Assembly: GCF_009914755.1 (NCBI RefSeq)
Contig: NC_060927.1
Length of the DNA: 64,000 bases
Source: the human T2T-CHM13v2.0 reference genome, Homo sapiens
Strand: one strand, 5' to 3'
The stretch's first letter is position 1, and the number at the start of each line of letters is the position of its first letter. The notes below the pieces were generated by a model, which did no database searches, had not been told where the DNA came from, and saw nothing but the letters and a program-made list of their open reading frames with translations. Below are positions 1 to 12,800 of this stretch, piece by piece. The position numbers and the translations under genes are program-made.

Positions 1-156
1 ATGCCCCACCCAGGCAGGGCTCTGGGAGAAGACACAGACAACAGGTCTCGCCCCAGAGCTCGTCAAGGCCAAGACCAACCAATGAGGCTGGGGTCTAGGG
101 TCCTCATGTGAAGGGGTAGGGGAAGGGGACAACCAGGCAGGACTACCAAGACTCAC

Positions 157-3100
157 ATTCGGCCCAGAGGGCCCAGCGGCTCCTGGTTTCCCATCCAGTC
201 CGCTCCGGCCATCCAGCCCAGGGGGACCCCGGTCACCCTGTGGAAAATAGAGTGGTAAGAGGCCACCAAGGCTGAGGTGGATCTGATAACCCAGGCTCAT
301 GTCCTGAGAAACCCCCACACCCTCTCACCTTTTCTCCTGCTGGGCCTCGGACACCTGGGTCCCCCTGGAGGGAACAGGGTCAGATAAGAGGTGAGGGTAA
401 GATGGGGACTTGGCAGACGGGGCAAAGTGCATCACTCACCTGTGGGCCTGGGGGTCCCCGAAACCCTTCAATGCCCTGAGGATAGGGGAGGAAGAAATCA
501 GAGCAGGCCCTCCCATGCCTGCACCCCCGAGGACCAATCACACTCACCCTTTCCCCAGGGGCTCCAGGGAGGCCAGGATCACCCTTGGGCCCTCGAGGAC
601 CCTCTTGTCCGCGGTCCCCAGGCTCTCCCTGTGGCAGAGATAAGCTTGCTGAGGAACAGCCTTGAAGCCAAGCCATGCCCAAGGTAGAACCTGCTGGGAG
701 GGGCACTGGGGTCTTTCTTACCCTCCACCCACAGACCCTAATACCTTCTCTCTGGCTCCAGGTCCTGTGTCTACCTGTGGGGGGAATGACCAGTGAGAAG
801 AATGGCTCAACAAGGGGAAGAGGAGTTGGCGAGGGGATACAGGGTCTGTGAGGGGCTCCAGGGATCCGCGGAGGTTTCAGAGGGACAGTGGGGGAAGTGG
901 GAGTTAGTGGAAGGAATGAGGGGACATGATGTGGAGCCAAAGGGGCAAGTGAGAACAATGACAGAGGACCAGACCCAGCGCAGCCCTTACCAGCCGTCCC
1001 GGGGGTCCTGGGGGACCCTGGGAAAGGAAATGATTATAGTCAATAGGAGCCCTCAGGTCCCAGGCCATGGCTCTGGTTTGCCCCAGGCTCAACTCTGCCC
1101 CCAAGTTCCCCGAAGCACCCCAATGCCAGCCCCCAGCAGGCATGGGTGGCCATCCATGCTTCCCACCTGGACCTCCAGACCCCTTGTGTGAAGGCACACT
1201 GGCAGCAGCGCCAGGGGACCCTCCATCCCTTCTGAGCCCAGGACACCAGCCCTACTCACCGGCTCCCCACGGTCACCCTTGGGTCCAGATGATCCAGGGC
1301 TGCCCTGCAGAAAGGCAGGGGTCAGGGCCACTCAAGGTAGGCAGCAGTTTGGGAGAGCTTTGGAAGCACCATGAGGACTCATGGGAATGTTGGTAGCCTT
1401 CAGATGCGTGTGTGCAGGGGTCAAAGGAAGTGAAGATTGGGAGGGTTTAGCATTACAGGGTTGGGGGGTAGGATCAGGTATTGGGAATTGGCTGGTTGGA
1501 GGGTTAAGGTTGGGGTGAGGAGTCATAGGCTGGGACTCACATTTCGTCCATCCTCTCCAGGATCTCCCTGGTCTCCCTTTTCACCCACAGGCCCCCGAAC
1601 TCCAGGTGCCCCCTAAGAAGAGCAGCTGGCCTGAGACAGACCCTCCCAATATTTTGCAGGTGCCCCTATGACCCGCTACACTGCCCCAGGTTCCCCATTA
1701 CTCCAAAATCCACATCAGAGGTTCCCATCACCCCATGCCTCCCTGCAGGGACTCCCATCACCCCTTACCCCCCTCAGCCTTTCCTATCACCTTCATGCCC
1801 ACCTCCCATCACCCCTGTTACTTCTCTCTGCCAAGACTCACCCGAAGGCCACGCTCGCCTGCTTTTCCAGGCAAACCCGGGTCACCCTGGTGATAGAGAG
1901 AAAAGTCATACTGCACAGGGCAGTCAGGATCTAACTCACTCAGGGAGAGGGGACAGAGAAGGGTCTGAGCAGCAGCTGGACAGGAGGCAGGGAGTGGATG
2001 GATGAACTGGTGGAGCACCAGCCTACTGGGATCCTAGTTCAAGGGTAAAGGATCAGAAACCACAGTGGGAAGGAGTCTCACCGGAGGACCCTCGTCACCT
2101 TTCTCTCCAACTTCACCCTGTGAAACATGAGAGTCAGCCCTGGTTCCAAGAACCCCCATGATGCTGGCAACAGCCCTACTCCCTTACCCGCCATGACTCC
2201 CCCGACTCCAGCCTCTTACATCTCGTCCTCGGGGGCCAACAGGTCCTGGGGGGCCAGGCCGCCCAGGGTCTCCCTTCTCTCCAGGAGGCCCTGAGTCACC
2301 CTGTGGAGGAGGCAAGAGGGAGGTGATGCAGGACGCTCGAAGCAAGCAGTTCTCAAGGGGAGGGGACCCCAGAAGCCTTGAGGTTGCCCAGGGTAACGGG
2401 TACTCACTGGGGGTCCTGCTCTGCCAGTAAGGCCAATGGGACCCTGAAGGGGACAGAAGGGGGGCAGGACTTAGTCAGGGTCCCACCACCTCATCTCCCT
2501 CTGTCACACTCCCCATTCCCACATTGATTCACCCGGTCTCCAGGGTCTCCCTTGGGGCCAGGGTCTCCAGGAAGAACCAAGCCGGGTGGGCCCTGTGGAT
2601 GGAAGGATAAGAAGTCAGGAAGACAACCTTCACCAACTGCCCCCTAAACACTTCGCTTCACTTACCCGTTCCCCTTGGACTCCGGTAGCTCCTCTGGGCC
2701 CAGCGGGCCCCACATCTCCCTGGAGGTGACAAAGACCATCAGTGCTAGTCCCAGGCTCCAGTTAACCCCCTGACCCAGCAAGTCCTGTGACCCCCCAAGT
2801 CCCATAGATAGGCCCTATGACCTAGACCTCAACCCTGTAGAAACCTCCCCTTGCCCCATACCAGGCTTACCTTTTCTCCTTTGGGTCCAGCAACAGCAGG
2901 TCCCTGAAAACAAACAGGACAGATACAGCTTGGCCCTGCCTTGGGGTTGTATGATCAAAGTCTTCATTGGAATGGAGGTCACATGGAATTGGAAGTCATA
3001 CAGCTCAGTCCCCGCCCAGAAGTCACAGAGTCACCGCTGACAGCAGGGAAGGGGTTATACAAAATGGACTGACACAAAGAGCTCATGACCTGCATGGCGG

Positions 3101-6100
3101 TCTTGGGGTCACAGGATCATAGCCAAGAGTCTGGGGGCAGGTTCTAGCAGAAGGAGAGCCGCAGAGCTCCCAGCCTGCTCACGGGCCCAGCACTGTGGAA
3201 TCACAGCCCAGATAGTGTTCTATAGGAGGGTCACTGCTCAAGGGCTGTGCTGTGCTCAGAGCGCCATCCTCCCGTCACTCACCACCACTGCAGGGTCCCC
3301 AGGGCGACCAGGCTCCCCCTGTGGAGAGAGGATAGGAGCAGGGACAGGTCAGGGAGTCACCTAGGAGCCCAAAATCCCAGTGTCCCATCTGCCACATCCC
3401 TAGTACCAGACAGTGCCACCCCCAGCCGAGGACCCACCTTCTCTCCTTGGCGGCCAGTGGGTCCTGGTGGCCCCTGAATGTAGAGAAAGTGTGAGCCCAG
3501 GAGGGGAAGGGAAAGGGGAGGGACACACAAAAGTCCCACTCCTGGTCCCACCACAGTCACAGACTCACTTCAGGACCCTTGGCTCCAGGACGTCCAGCAA
3601 CCCCTGGCAGCCCCTGGAGGAGAGGAAGGGAAGAGCTGTGCAGGTGGGTGGGGACGGGGGATATGGACAGACAGGGCTAGAGGCTGGGGTGGGGGCTGGA
3701 GAGGGGTCAGGGAAGATTGGGATTTAGGTTGGCAGGGGTAAGACTTGGCAGGAGAACAGAGACCAGGTCAGTGAAAATCAAGGTCAGTTCAGCAGGGTCA
3801 GAGGTTCAAAGCCAGGTCCCTGGGGCTGAGGGTTAGAGCCTGTATCAGCAGGGATAAGTGGTCATTGAGGAGGGGTGAGGAGCAGGGGTAGCAGGGGTCA
3901 AGGGCAAGAAGTCAGAACCAGAAAGGGCACAGCCAGGTCAGCTGGTATGAGCATTGCAGCCAGTGGGTTTACCCGGGATCCCGCTGGGCCTGGGGGTCCA
4001 CGTTCGCCCTGATGGAAAGGAAGAGGTCAGAGCTGAGTTGGGCCCAGATCCTCCAGGGCCCTTGGCACCCCCCAGGTTGCACTTACCTTCTCTCCAGCCT
4101 CACCCAGGGGCCCTGGAAAGCCCCGGTCACCCTGAAGAGAGAGGGTGAGAGAAAGACAGAGAGAGAGAGGGTTGGTGGCGGGGCTTGAACGTCAAACCCC
4201 AGACAAGGGGTCCCAAACTCCAACCACCCCCTCCAAAACCACGACCTCTGACCTGGAGGGAACTCTTATCTCCTTATCTTCCAGCCTCCCCTAACACCAT
4301 GGGGAGCCCAGAGTAGCACCCCTCACACCTGAATCCCCCAACTGGTACTCACTTTGGGGCCAATAGCTCCAGGAGGTCCCCGTGGGCCCTGGAAGGGATG
4401 AATTTGGGGGTTCAGAGATTTGGGTTTGGGCATGAGGATGGAGCAGTGGTTGATGATTGAGGTAGGGGCTGGAGCTGTGCCCACCATATTCAGAATCCCT
4501 GGCCCCTCCACTCACCTGCTCACCCGGAGACCCAGGTTGTCCTGGGAGGCCTGGAGCTCCATCCTCAGAGTCACCCTGAAGGAGAAACACACGGGTGGGA
4601 AGACCGAAGGGAGGCCCTGCCCCCAGCACGCAGCCTCCCACCCCAGAACTGGGACATCATCAAGTCAGCCTTCCTACTTTTTCTCCTTTCTTTCCAGGGG
4701 GGCCAACGGGGCCTTGGGGTCCAGGGCTTCCGGGAAGACCCTAGGAAGAAGTGAGTAAAAATATGAGCCAAGAACTATGAAGCCCAGCACCCAACCACTG
4801 CCCCAGGAGAGACCCACACCCCTGAGCAGGGCCCCCAGCAGAGCCTCAAGGCCCCTCACCGGCAGCCCAGGCTCCCCAGGAGCAATGCCACCTTCACCTG
4901 GTCCAGGGGGACCCTGGGAGAGAACAGCAGGTCAGGGAATGAACAGGGGAATCAGACTCCAAGCCACCCCTAGCACAACCTGTCCCTCACTTACCCGCTC
5001 CCCACGATCGCCTTTGTCACCCTAGAAAACAGATGACGACCCCATGACCCTGGGCCACACCTCACTCCCAAAGATACCAGGAGTGATGAGGGTCATGGGG
5101 TCCAATTGGATTTCAAGGATTTTGGGAGAACTGAGGCGTCATGGTGAGGATGGGGGTAATCAAAGGGTCACAAGGGCCAGAGTAACTGGCAGGGGTTATG
5201 TGGGTTCAAATGGGGTCACCAGGTCTCTGCATCACATGGCACTCATGAGGCTGTCACCTTCATGGCTGTTCCAGGAAGCCCTGGGGGGCCACGGGGTCCT
5301 GGGTCCCCCAGTGGTCCACGAGGTCCAGGGGGGCCCTGATGGAGGAGACAAAGTATAAGGTGCAACCCCACAGACCTCACTCTCGCCCCCCTCGTGTTGG
5401 TCCCCCCACTACACATCACTTGCCTCCACATACCCTGCACTTACCGATGGTCCAGGGTCCCCTTTCCGCCCAGGAAGCCCAGGTCCTTCACCTCCGATGA
5501 CTTGTCCGGGAGCCCCCTGTAAGGACAGAGAGCAGTGGGCAGGATTCAGGCTATGGGGGCCTTGAGCTGGAAGAAGCCCCTAGACATGTCCAGCTATTCC
5601 TATTCGCGCCTTAGGCCCTGCACAGGGTCTGGTGTGGGGCAGTCCTGCTCCTCCCTGGGACATCCCGGCCGCCTCCCTTCCCCCTTCACCTACCGGCTCC
5701 CCCTTTGGGCCTCGAGGTCCTCGCTCTCCCTGAGGACGAAACAGAGCAGAGGGTGGTGCTTGGGCTCAGGCGAATGTCAACGTGGGCACTGCACCACCAC
5801 CCCAGGCTCCCACCCTGTGGAAGAACCCTGGGAAGACACTTAGAGAGCAAAGAAGGGAAGGCACCTTACCGGGTCCCCACGAGGGCCAGGCAACCCTGGA
5901 GAGCCCTGCAAATGGAGGCCAGAGGCAGAACAGTCGGAGCCACCCCACCCACTCAGGCAGCGCCCACCCTGACCTGCAGGACAAGGCTTGCTCACCTTTA
6001 GGCCAGGGGCTCCAGGGGTCCCAGGATTCCCGGCGCGGCCAGGGCTGCCTGGACGCCCATCTGCTCCAGGGAAGCCCTGAGGAGGTGAAGAGGTCAGGAC

Positions 6101-6816
6101 AGGAAGGGACCCTCCCCCAAGGCCCCTGGTTTGCTGGAGGGGCCTCACCCCATCAACAAGGGGTCGCCTACCCCACTGACCCCCAAGTGTTATTGGGGGT
6201 GGAACAGTGAGGCAGAGAAATGGCCCCTCAGAGCTTCACAGAGCCCAATTCCAGGCACAAGGGCAGCGACAAGGCAGAGGGCTTCCCTGCCTCTGGGACT
6301 TGGAGCTGCTGCTCAGGCTCTGCAGCGGGGCTAGAGGCCCCACTGGCCCTTCTATTTCAGAGTGTCCCCCAAAGTCTCTGTGGTGGTTTATAACCTCCAG
6401 CTGGGCTTCTAGGAATTCCCGATGATTCTAACTCTGCTTCTTCCTTCTCTCTTGTAAAAACCCCGAGACAGCTTTGAGGAGTGCCTCAGAGAAACCTCGA
6501 TGGTCTCCACACTCACCCTCTCGCCCTTGGCAGTGGCACTTCCAGGGGGCCCCTGGGGGCCGGGAGCACCGGTCCTGCCCTGAAAGAAGATAGCAGTTAG
6601 GTGGGGATAAGCCAGTCAGGGTGCAGGGACAGATGTGGGGGACACTCACCGGGAGGCCAGGGTCGCCAGGAGGCCCAACTTGTCCTCTCAGGCCCTAGGA
6701 AGGGTAATCAGTGAGACCTGTGCTGCCAACCTCTCCTGCCCCACTGACACTCAACCCATTCTCTATTCCCCGCCCGCAGGGGCACTCACCATCTCTCCAG
6801 GTTCCCCCTTCTGGCC
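157..6816 (-). other. COL7A1: COL7A1 triple-helical Gly-X-Y exons 29-61
   Basis: Tiny (27-81 nt) phase-0 exons encoding Gly-X-Y repeats with short interruptions (e.g. GEPGDRGQEGPRGPKGDPGLPGAPGER). Confidence 0.97.
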
Positions 6817-9800
6817 CTGGGGAAAGACATGTCAGATGTGGGTCAGAGTGGCTAGCCCCAGGTGCAGCCTCTGTTCACCTCTCGATGAGGGACTCTTACC
6901 TTTGGACAATACACTGGGCAGGGCTCTGGCCGGGGCTGCGGACATAGGGTCTCTTTGAGGTTGAACATTTCTACCAAGAACCCCCAGACCCCTTATATTC
7001 TACCACCCAGTCCCCCAGAGGCCTCTTCCAAACCTGAGTAGTGAAGGATGCCTGACACAGGGCTGTGGCCAGACCACTGACTGCCTGGTCCAGGCTTGGC
7101 CCATCATCCACGGCGAAGAAGGTCTGGACAGAGTCCATACCCGGCGCCAAGCGACGCAGCTGCTCTGGGTCCGCTCCAGCCATTCCCAACATCACCACAT
7201 TAAGCCCTAAGGTGGGGTCCAGTGGCTGCATGATAGCCTTTTCAGGGCCACCCCTATTCCCAGACCCCTTCCCCATCAGCCTACTCCTTACCAGAAGCCT
7301 GGGCCTCACGGATGGGGCTGAATATGTCACCTCTCAAGGGTTCATCCACTAGCAGAACCATCACCCCTGGTACGTGCTGGCGGCGCCCAGGAGCATCTGG
7401 TGCCAACATGTATCTGTGAGCTGTGACCACGGCTGTGCCTGGAAGGAAGGACATGTCAGAACCCTGGGGCACCAAGCTCCCAGTGGATAGCCCCAGGAGT
7501 CCATGCCTGCTGCAGTCCTCACCCAGGTTGTTCCCACTTGGGTCCATGTAGGGCATGTCACGGATCCTTTGCAAGATAATGCCAAGGTCATGGGAGCCAT
7601 TCAGTGGGAACAGTGGGGAGGGCCGATGACTGTAAGACAGCAGGCCAACCTGGGGTGGAAGGAAACACAGAGCCTGAGGAGGATGACAGAGCAGGGATGG
7701 GGGTGCACAGAGCCTGGAGAAACACATCAGGGTGTGTGTGACCAAACCCTATCTATTAGGGAGTCAGCAGTGATGGCAGGATAGGGAGCCAGGCAGTAGG
7801 TGAGGTCTGGAGCCTGTGAGAGAGCTGGGAGAATGCCTGAACCTATTGGGTGGTCAGGAGATGGTAACTGGTATGGAGCCTGGGTGGGGGGCCTCAGGGA
7901 GAGGTAGAATCTGGCTGCCCCAGGGCCAAACCTGAACTGCCTGTGGCCCAAGAGGCCCAAGTGCCAACACCAGACGCTCCAGGACCCTCCTCGTAGCCTC
8001 CGCACGGTGAGCATTGTCTTGAGTGGCATGTGGTAGGAACACCACATCCGCCAGGCCACGGGGGCACACTGTAGGAAGGGGAACAAGTTACTGAAGCGGG
8101 CAGCCCACCCAGACACACCTTTCTGCCCTTCCCACTATGCCCACTATACCTGGCGTCTGTGTGACAGATGCCTCAGGACCCCGCACACCATCCAGGACAG
8201 GCGTCAGGGAGAAGATGTAAGAGACGCCAGGCTCTAGCCCTGTCACCCGCTGGGAGCTTGAGATCCCTGGAAGTGTCTGCGGGGACCCAGGCACTTCTGC
8301 AGGAGACAGAACTTGATTAAAAAGCTGTCTCCACAGAGCCCCAACTGCCAGCCCACCCAAATCCTGGCCTCCCCCTCACCCTGGCCAGGGCCTCTGAGTG
8401 GCCGCCAGGATAGGATGTAGCTGGATGCCCTGGACACTGGAGTCCAGGCCAAAGTCACCGAGTCGATCGAGGTGTCCACCACACGTAGTTCAATGCTTGG
8501 AACACGAGGTGACTCTGAAGGAGGAATGAAAGATCGAGGATCAGAGGCTGAGTCCTGAGAACCCAGAAGGGAGAGATCTGAGATCCTGGGTCCGGTTTGT
8601 CTTATTGAAGCATCATGGGAGGTCATGCTGGGGTCACCCAGGGTCAGAGGGTGAGGGGTAGGGGTACAGGAGGAGTCACTCAGAGTCGGGGTGCAGGAAG
8701 TCAGGGTGGGTCATCAGCAGGGGAGGAGCACGCCAAGGTGAGGCAGGCTTACCAGTGCGCGCAGTCACCTCTGCAGAGGGCCCTTCTCCAGCCGGCCCTA
8801 GGACACTCAGCCTCACGCGGTACTGTGTCGCTGGCTCCAGCCCGTCCAGGTGATAGCTGCTGAGCTCGGGCCCCAGGACCCGGGACTGTTCCTGGCCACC
8901 TGGGGCAGGCGTGAGGGTGGGGGCCAAGAGCATGTGGGATAGTGACACCTGGGGGCATTAAAGGGCCTGCCCACTTCACTGGCTCTGTTAACTGGGTTCA
9001 CCCTCCTGACTGATCTTCCTCATCCTCACTGACCCTGCCCACTTTACGGACCCTGCCAGACTGACCCTCCATGAACTCATTGATCCCACCCACTTCATTG
9101 ATTGATCTTACCTACTGTCACGGATCCCGCAGACCCCCAGTGACAGACCCCGCCCACCATCACTGTCCTCGCCTACCTTGCGGAGTCTGCCACAGCCCTG
9201 CCCCCAATGGTCCCTAACTTCCTCCTGGGGACACCTCTCACCCTCAGGTTGCCAGTGCAGAAGGAAGCCCTGCGCTCTGGGCACCGGCTCCCAGCGCAGC
9301 CTCAGCGAGTGCTCCCCGCGCTGCACCACGTGAAGCGTCCCCAGGGCTGGCGGAGCCTCAGGCGCTGGAGAGAAAGCTCAGGAATCAGGGAGGCTCTGCC
9401 CCCATGGCCCCTGCACCAATCCCAGGCCCACCCTGGCACACGCACCCCGCCCAGCCTCTCAGACCCCTCTCCCTCCTCTCAGACCCTGCCCCCAAAGGCT
9501 CACTACCAATCCTGGTCCTTTCTCCAATCCAGAGCACAAGCCCGGATCCCCAAACCATCCACACCACCCATCCGAAGCTCTCCAGCGCATGCTCTGCCTA
9601 CGCGTAGTGACAACAATGGAGACAGGTGTGCCCTCGCGGTCCCCGACAAGTGCAGTCACTCGCACTGAGTAGCTGACTCCACCTTCGAGACCCCGGATCT
9701 CTGCAGAGTCTGTGTTTCCTGGGAGTATCTGGTGCCTCATGGGGCCGCCTGGCCAGGTGGGCATACAGCAATGGTTAGGGGTGAGCAGTCCCAGCCAGGA

Positions 9801-12800
9801 AGGACAGGGGTGGCGTCAGGGAGCCATACCTTCACTCCGGCCCCAGGCCAGTCTGTAAGCTGTGGCTCCAGTGACCCCTACCCAGGTGATCCGTAGAACG
9901 TCGCTGGAAGCATTGAGGATCTGCAGCCTCGACACACGACCCACAGGCTCAGGGGCTGGGGACAGAGGCAAGGTAAGGGGTCCTGGTAGAGAACAGAGAG
10001 GCAGTGCAGGAATGGTTGACGCAGGGGTGATCTGAAAGTCAGTGTGAGGTTAGTGTGGACAGGTCACTTTAGGCAGCCCTGAGGAGGAGGAGGTCAGTGC
10101 CTTGGGGTGGGCAGTGTGGGGCCACCAGGAGGTCACCGTGGGTGGACACTTAATCAGTGTGGGGTGGGTCAGTGTGGACAGGACAGTCACTGAGCAGGGG
10201 GGTGGAGGCAGCTGGGCAATCAGGAACACACAGCAGGGCAGGGTAGCTAATGCGGTGTGGCTAGTAGCTGGCCAGGGTCCACTCACCAGTCCTCACAACC
10301 ACAGAGGCAGGGGGCCCATCCACGCCAGCCACATGGGCCCTCACATGCACCGTATACTCAGTATCTGGCTCCAGTCCATCCAGCTCAGCCACCGTGGCCT
10401 CCCCAGAAACCAACTGGGATTTCTCTGGGCCTGGGAACAGGGATGGAGGCAGCTCCAGGGCTAGCAAACTCTGTGCCCCAGAGCCCCACCTGGACCCCCA
10501 ATAAACCCCCAGCCCCCATTCCACCCTGACCTGCCCCCTCCCAAACCCCAGTCCCCACCGTGGGCTGAGTGCCAGGAAACCCTGTATCCTGTGGCGCCAG
10601 GAACCCTGGTCCAGGTAATGGTGACAGATGAGCTGCTGGCCTGAGTCACATGGACCGTCCTCACTGGGCCCAGTGGGTCTAGTGGGGAGAGGCAATGGGG
10701 AGTCTGCTGGAACAGGCAGGAAGGAGTGGGGCTATCTGATAGGGGAAGATGATGGGAGTCTAACAGGAGACGGGAATTTGATAGAGGAGATGGTGAATAG
10801 GTCCAGTGGAGGAGTGGGGAGGTGGAGGTTTTAGGAAGCAGTGAGCAGGTCTGATGGAGGAGAAAGTGTAAATCTCAGAGGAGATTTGGGTCCAGCAAAA
10901 AAGGGATGGGGGTCTGAGGGTTGAAGTGGTGGATATTTGAGGGCAAAGGCTGTGGGAGTCTTAGGAGAGAAGCGGAGGAATCTGAATACGGGGAGGGCTT
11001 AAGGGGAGACAGCTGAAACTGAAGAGGAAGCAGCGTCTCTGAGGGAGGAGGGAGTGGGATTCTGAAGGGGGAGGCAGGAGTTCTGGGGAGAAGCAAGGGT
11101 CTGCAAGGGAAGGCATGGGGGTCTGAAAGAGCAATGGAGGCAGAGAGCCAAGGGACGGGGGCAGGGCCTGACCCGTTCGAGCCACGATGACTGCAGCAGG
11201 GCCCTCCTCTCTGCCTCGCAGTACCGACACAGCCACCTGGTAGGTGGTTCCAGGCTGCAGCCCTGTGATGTCTGTGGCAGTAGAGTCTGGGGGCAGTGTC
11301 TGGCTGGACTCCGGACCTGAGGTCAGAGGGAAATGCTGGCATGGCTCCTGCCTGTCCCCTCTGGCACCCATACCCTCATTGGTCCCTTTGGCAGTCCCCC
11401 CACACACCCCACACTGACCACTGCCTGTGCTCCAGCTAATCCGAAATCCACTGGCTCCAGGGACGGGTCCCCAGGCCACCCTCACTCGCGTTGCATCTGA
11501 CACCACAACCCGCAGCCCTGGAACAGCAAGTGGAGTTTCCAGCTCTAGGAGTTACAGACAGAAGTCAGAAGTCAGAACCAGGACCAGAGTGAGGCAGGCA
11601 GCTGTCCTCCACAAGCCTCCTGCAGTACTCACCCCGGCGGACAGTGAGGACACTGGCACTGCCCTCACGGGGACCCACTCGAGCAGACACCCGCACAGTG
11701 TAGCTAAGCCCAGCCTGAACGTCATCCAAGTCGAATGCTGTCTGACTCCCAGGAAGCACCAGGGTCCGCTCAACCCCTAAGAGAGAAGTCAGGGTAGGTG
11801 GGCAGGGGTCAGAAAGAGACAGGGATGTGGGACGATGGCAGTGATGGACAGGGACGCAGAGTGAGAAGGGCCATGGGGGTGGGGATGTGGGGTGGTGGGG
11901 ACCAGAGAGCTGGGATATGGCTGAAAAAAGTGAGTGCAAGACAAGGACATAGGATGAAAGGGGCCAGTGATGGTCAGGGACACTGGAGGACAGGAGTCTG
12001 TGGGATCTTAGCATGTAGGATGACAGGAGTCAGTGGACTGCAGTGAGAACTGATGAGCCATTGACAGACACTGATGTGGGATGGCAGAGGTCAGTGCTGG
12101 ATGGGGACATGCAATGAGAGGTTGGTGTACAGTGGTCACCACTAGGGTAACAGAAAGACAGGTGATTGAGCTTGTGGCTGTGCAGAGGTGAAAGCCGTGG
12201 ATGGGGTGTGGGGCAGGGAGGAGATTGGTTGGGGTAGGGTAGGGGCAGACACACCCTGTTGACAGTTCAGGGCTCAGTGCCATCTTGGGAAGCAGATGGA
12301 TAACGAGACAGGGAGGAGACTATAGGGACCCAGGTGTGGAAGGAGAGGGCTGGAGGTACACTCAGACCCCTCAGGCTGGAACTTCAGTGTGTGTGGTGGG
12401 GGTGCTGGCTGCGTCCACCTCACCCTGGGTGCTGCGCACAATGATGCGGTACTGGGTGGCACCAGGGACTGGGCTCCAGGACACTCGCACCCGCTGCCCG
12501 GGCAGCTCGGTGGCTTGCAGGTCTGTTACAGGGCTCACAGGCAGCTCTGGTCCTGTTGGAGAGCACAGCATAGAGGCAGCCTGGGGCTCCGACACCTCCC
12601 CCACTCACTGGCCCAGCCCACAGAGCCCTCACCAGTGGGAACCACGGTTGCAGGGGTGGCCACCTCGTGGCCCTCCAGCAGAGTGTAGAGTGTGAGGCGG
12701 TACTCAGTGCCCGGCTGCAGCCCATCCAACTGGTAGCGGGTCACATCAGAGGGCAGTACCACCTTCTGCGGTGGCTCCAAGCCTGCAAGATAACAGGGTC

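Noticed and set aside
1-156. MIR711, recalled to lie within COL7A1 near here
   Set aside because: Mature sequence not found; probably just outside the window start
380-958. 192-aa minus-strand ORF and similar long ORFs over COL7A1
   Set aside because: Read-through of real exons into GC-rich introns; not independent genes
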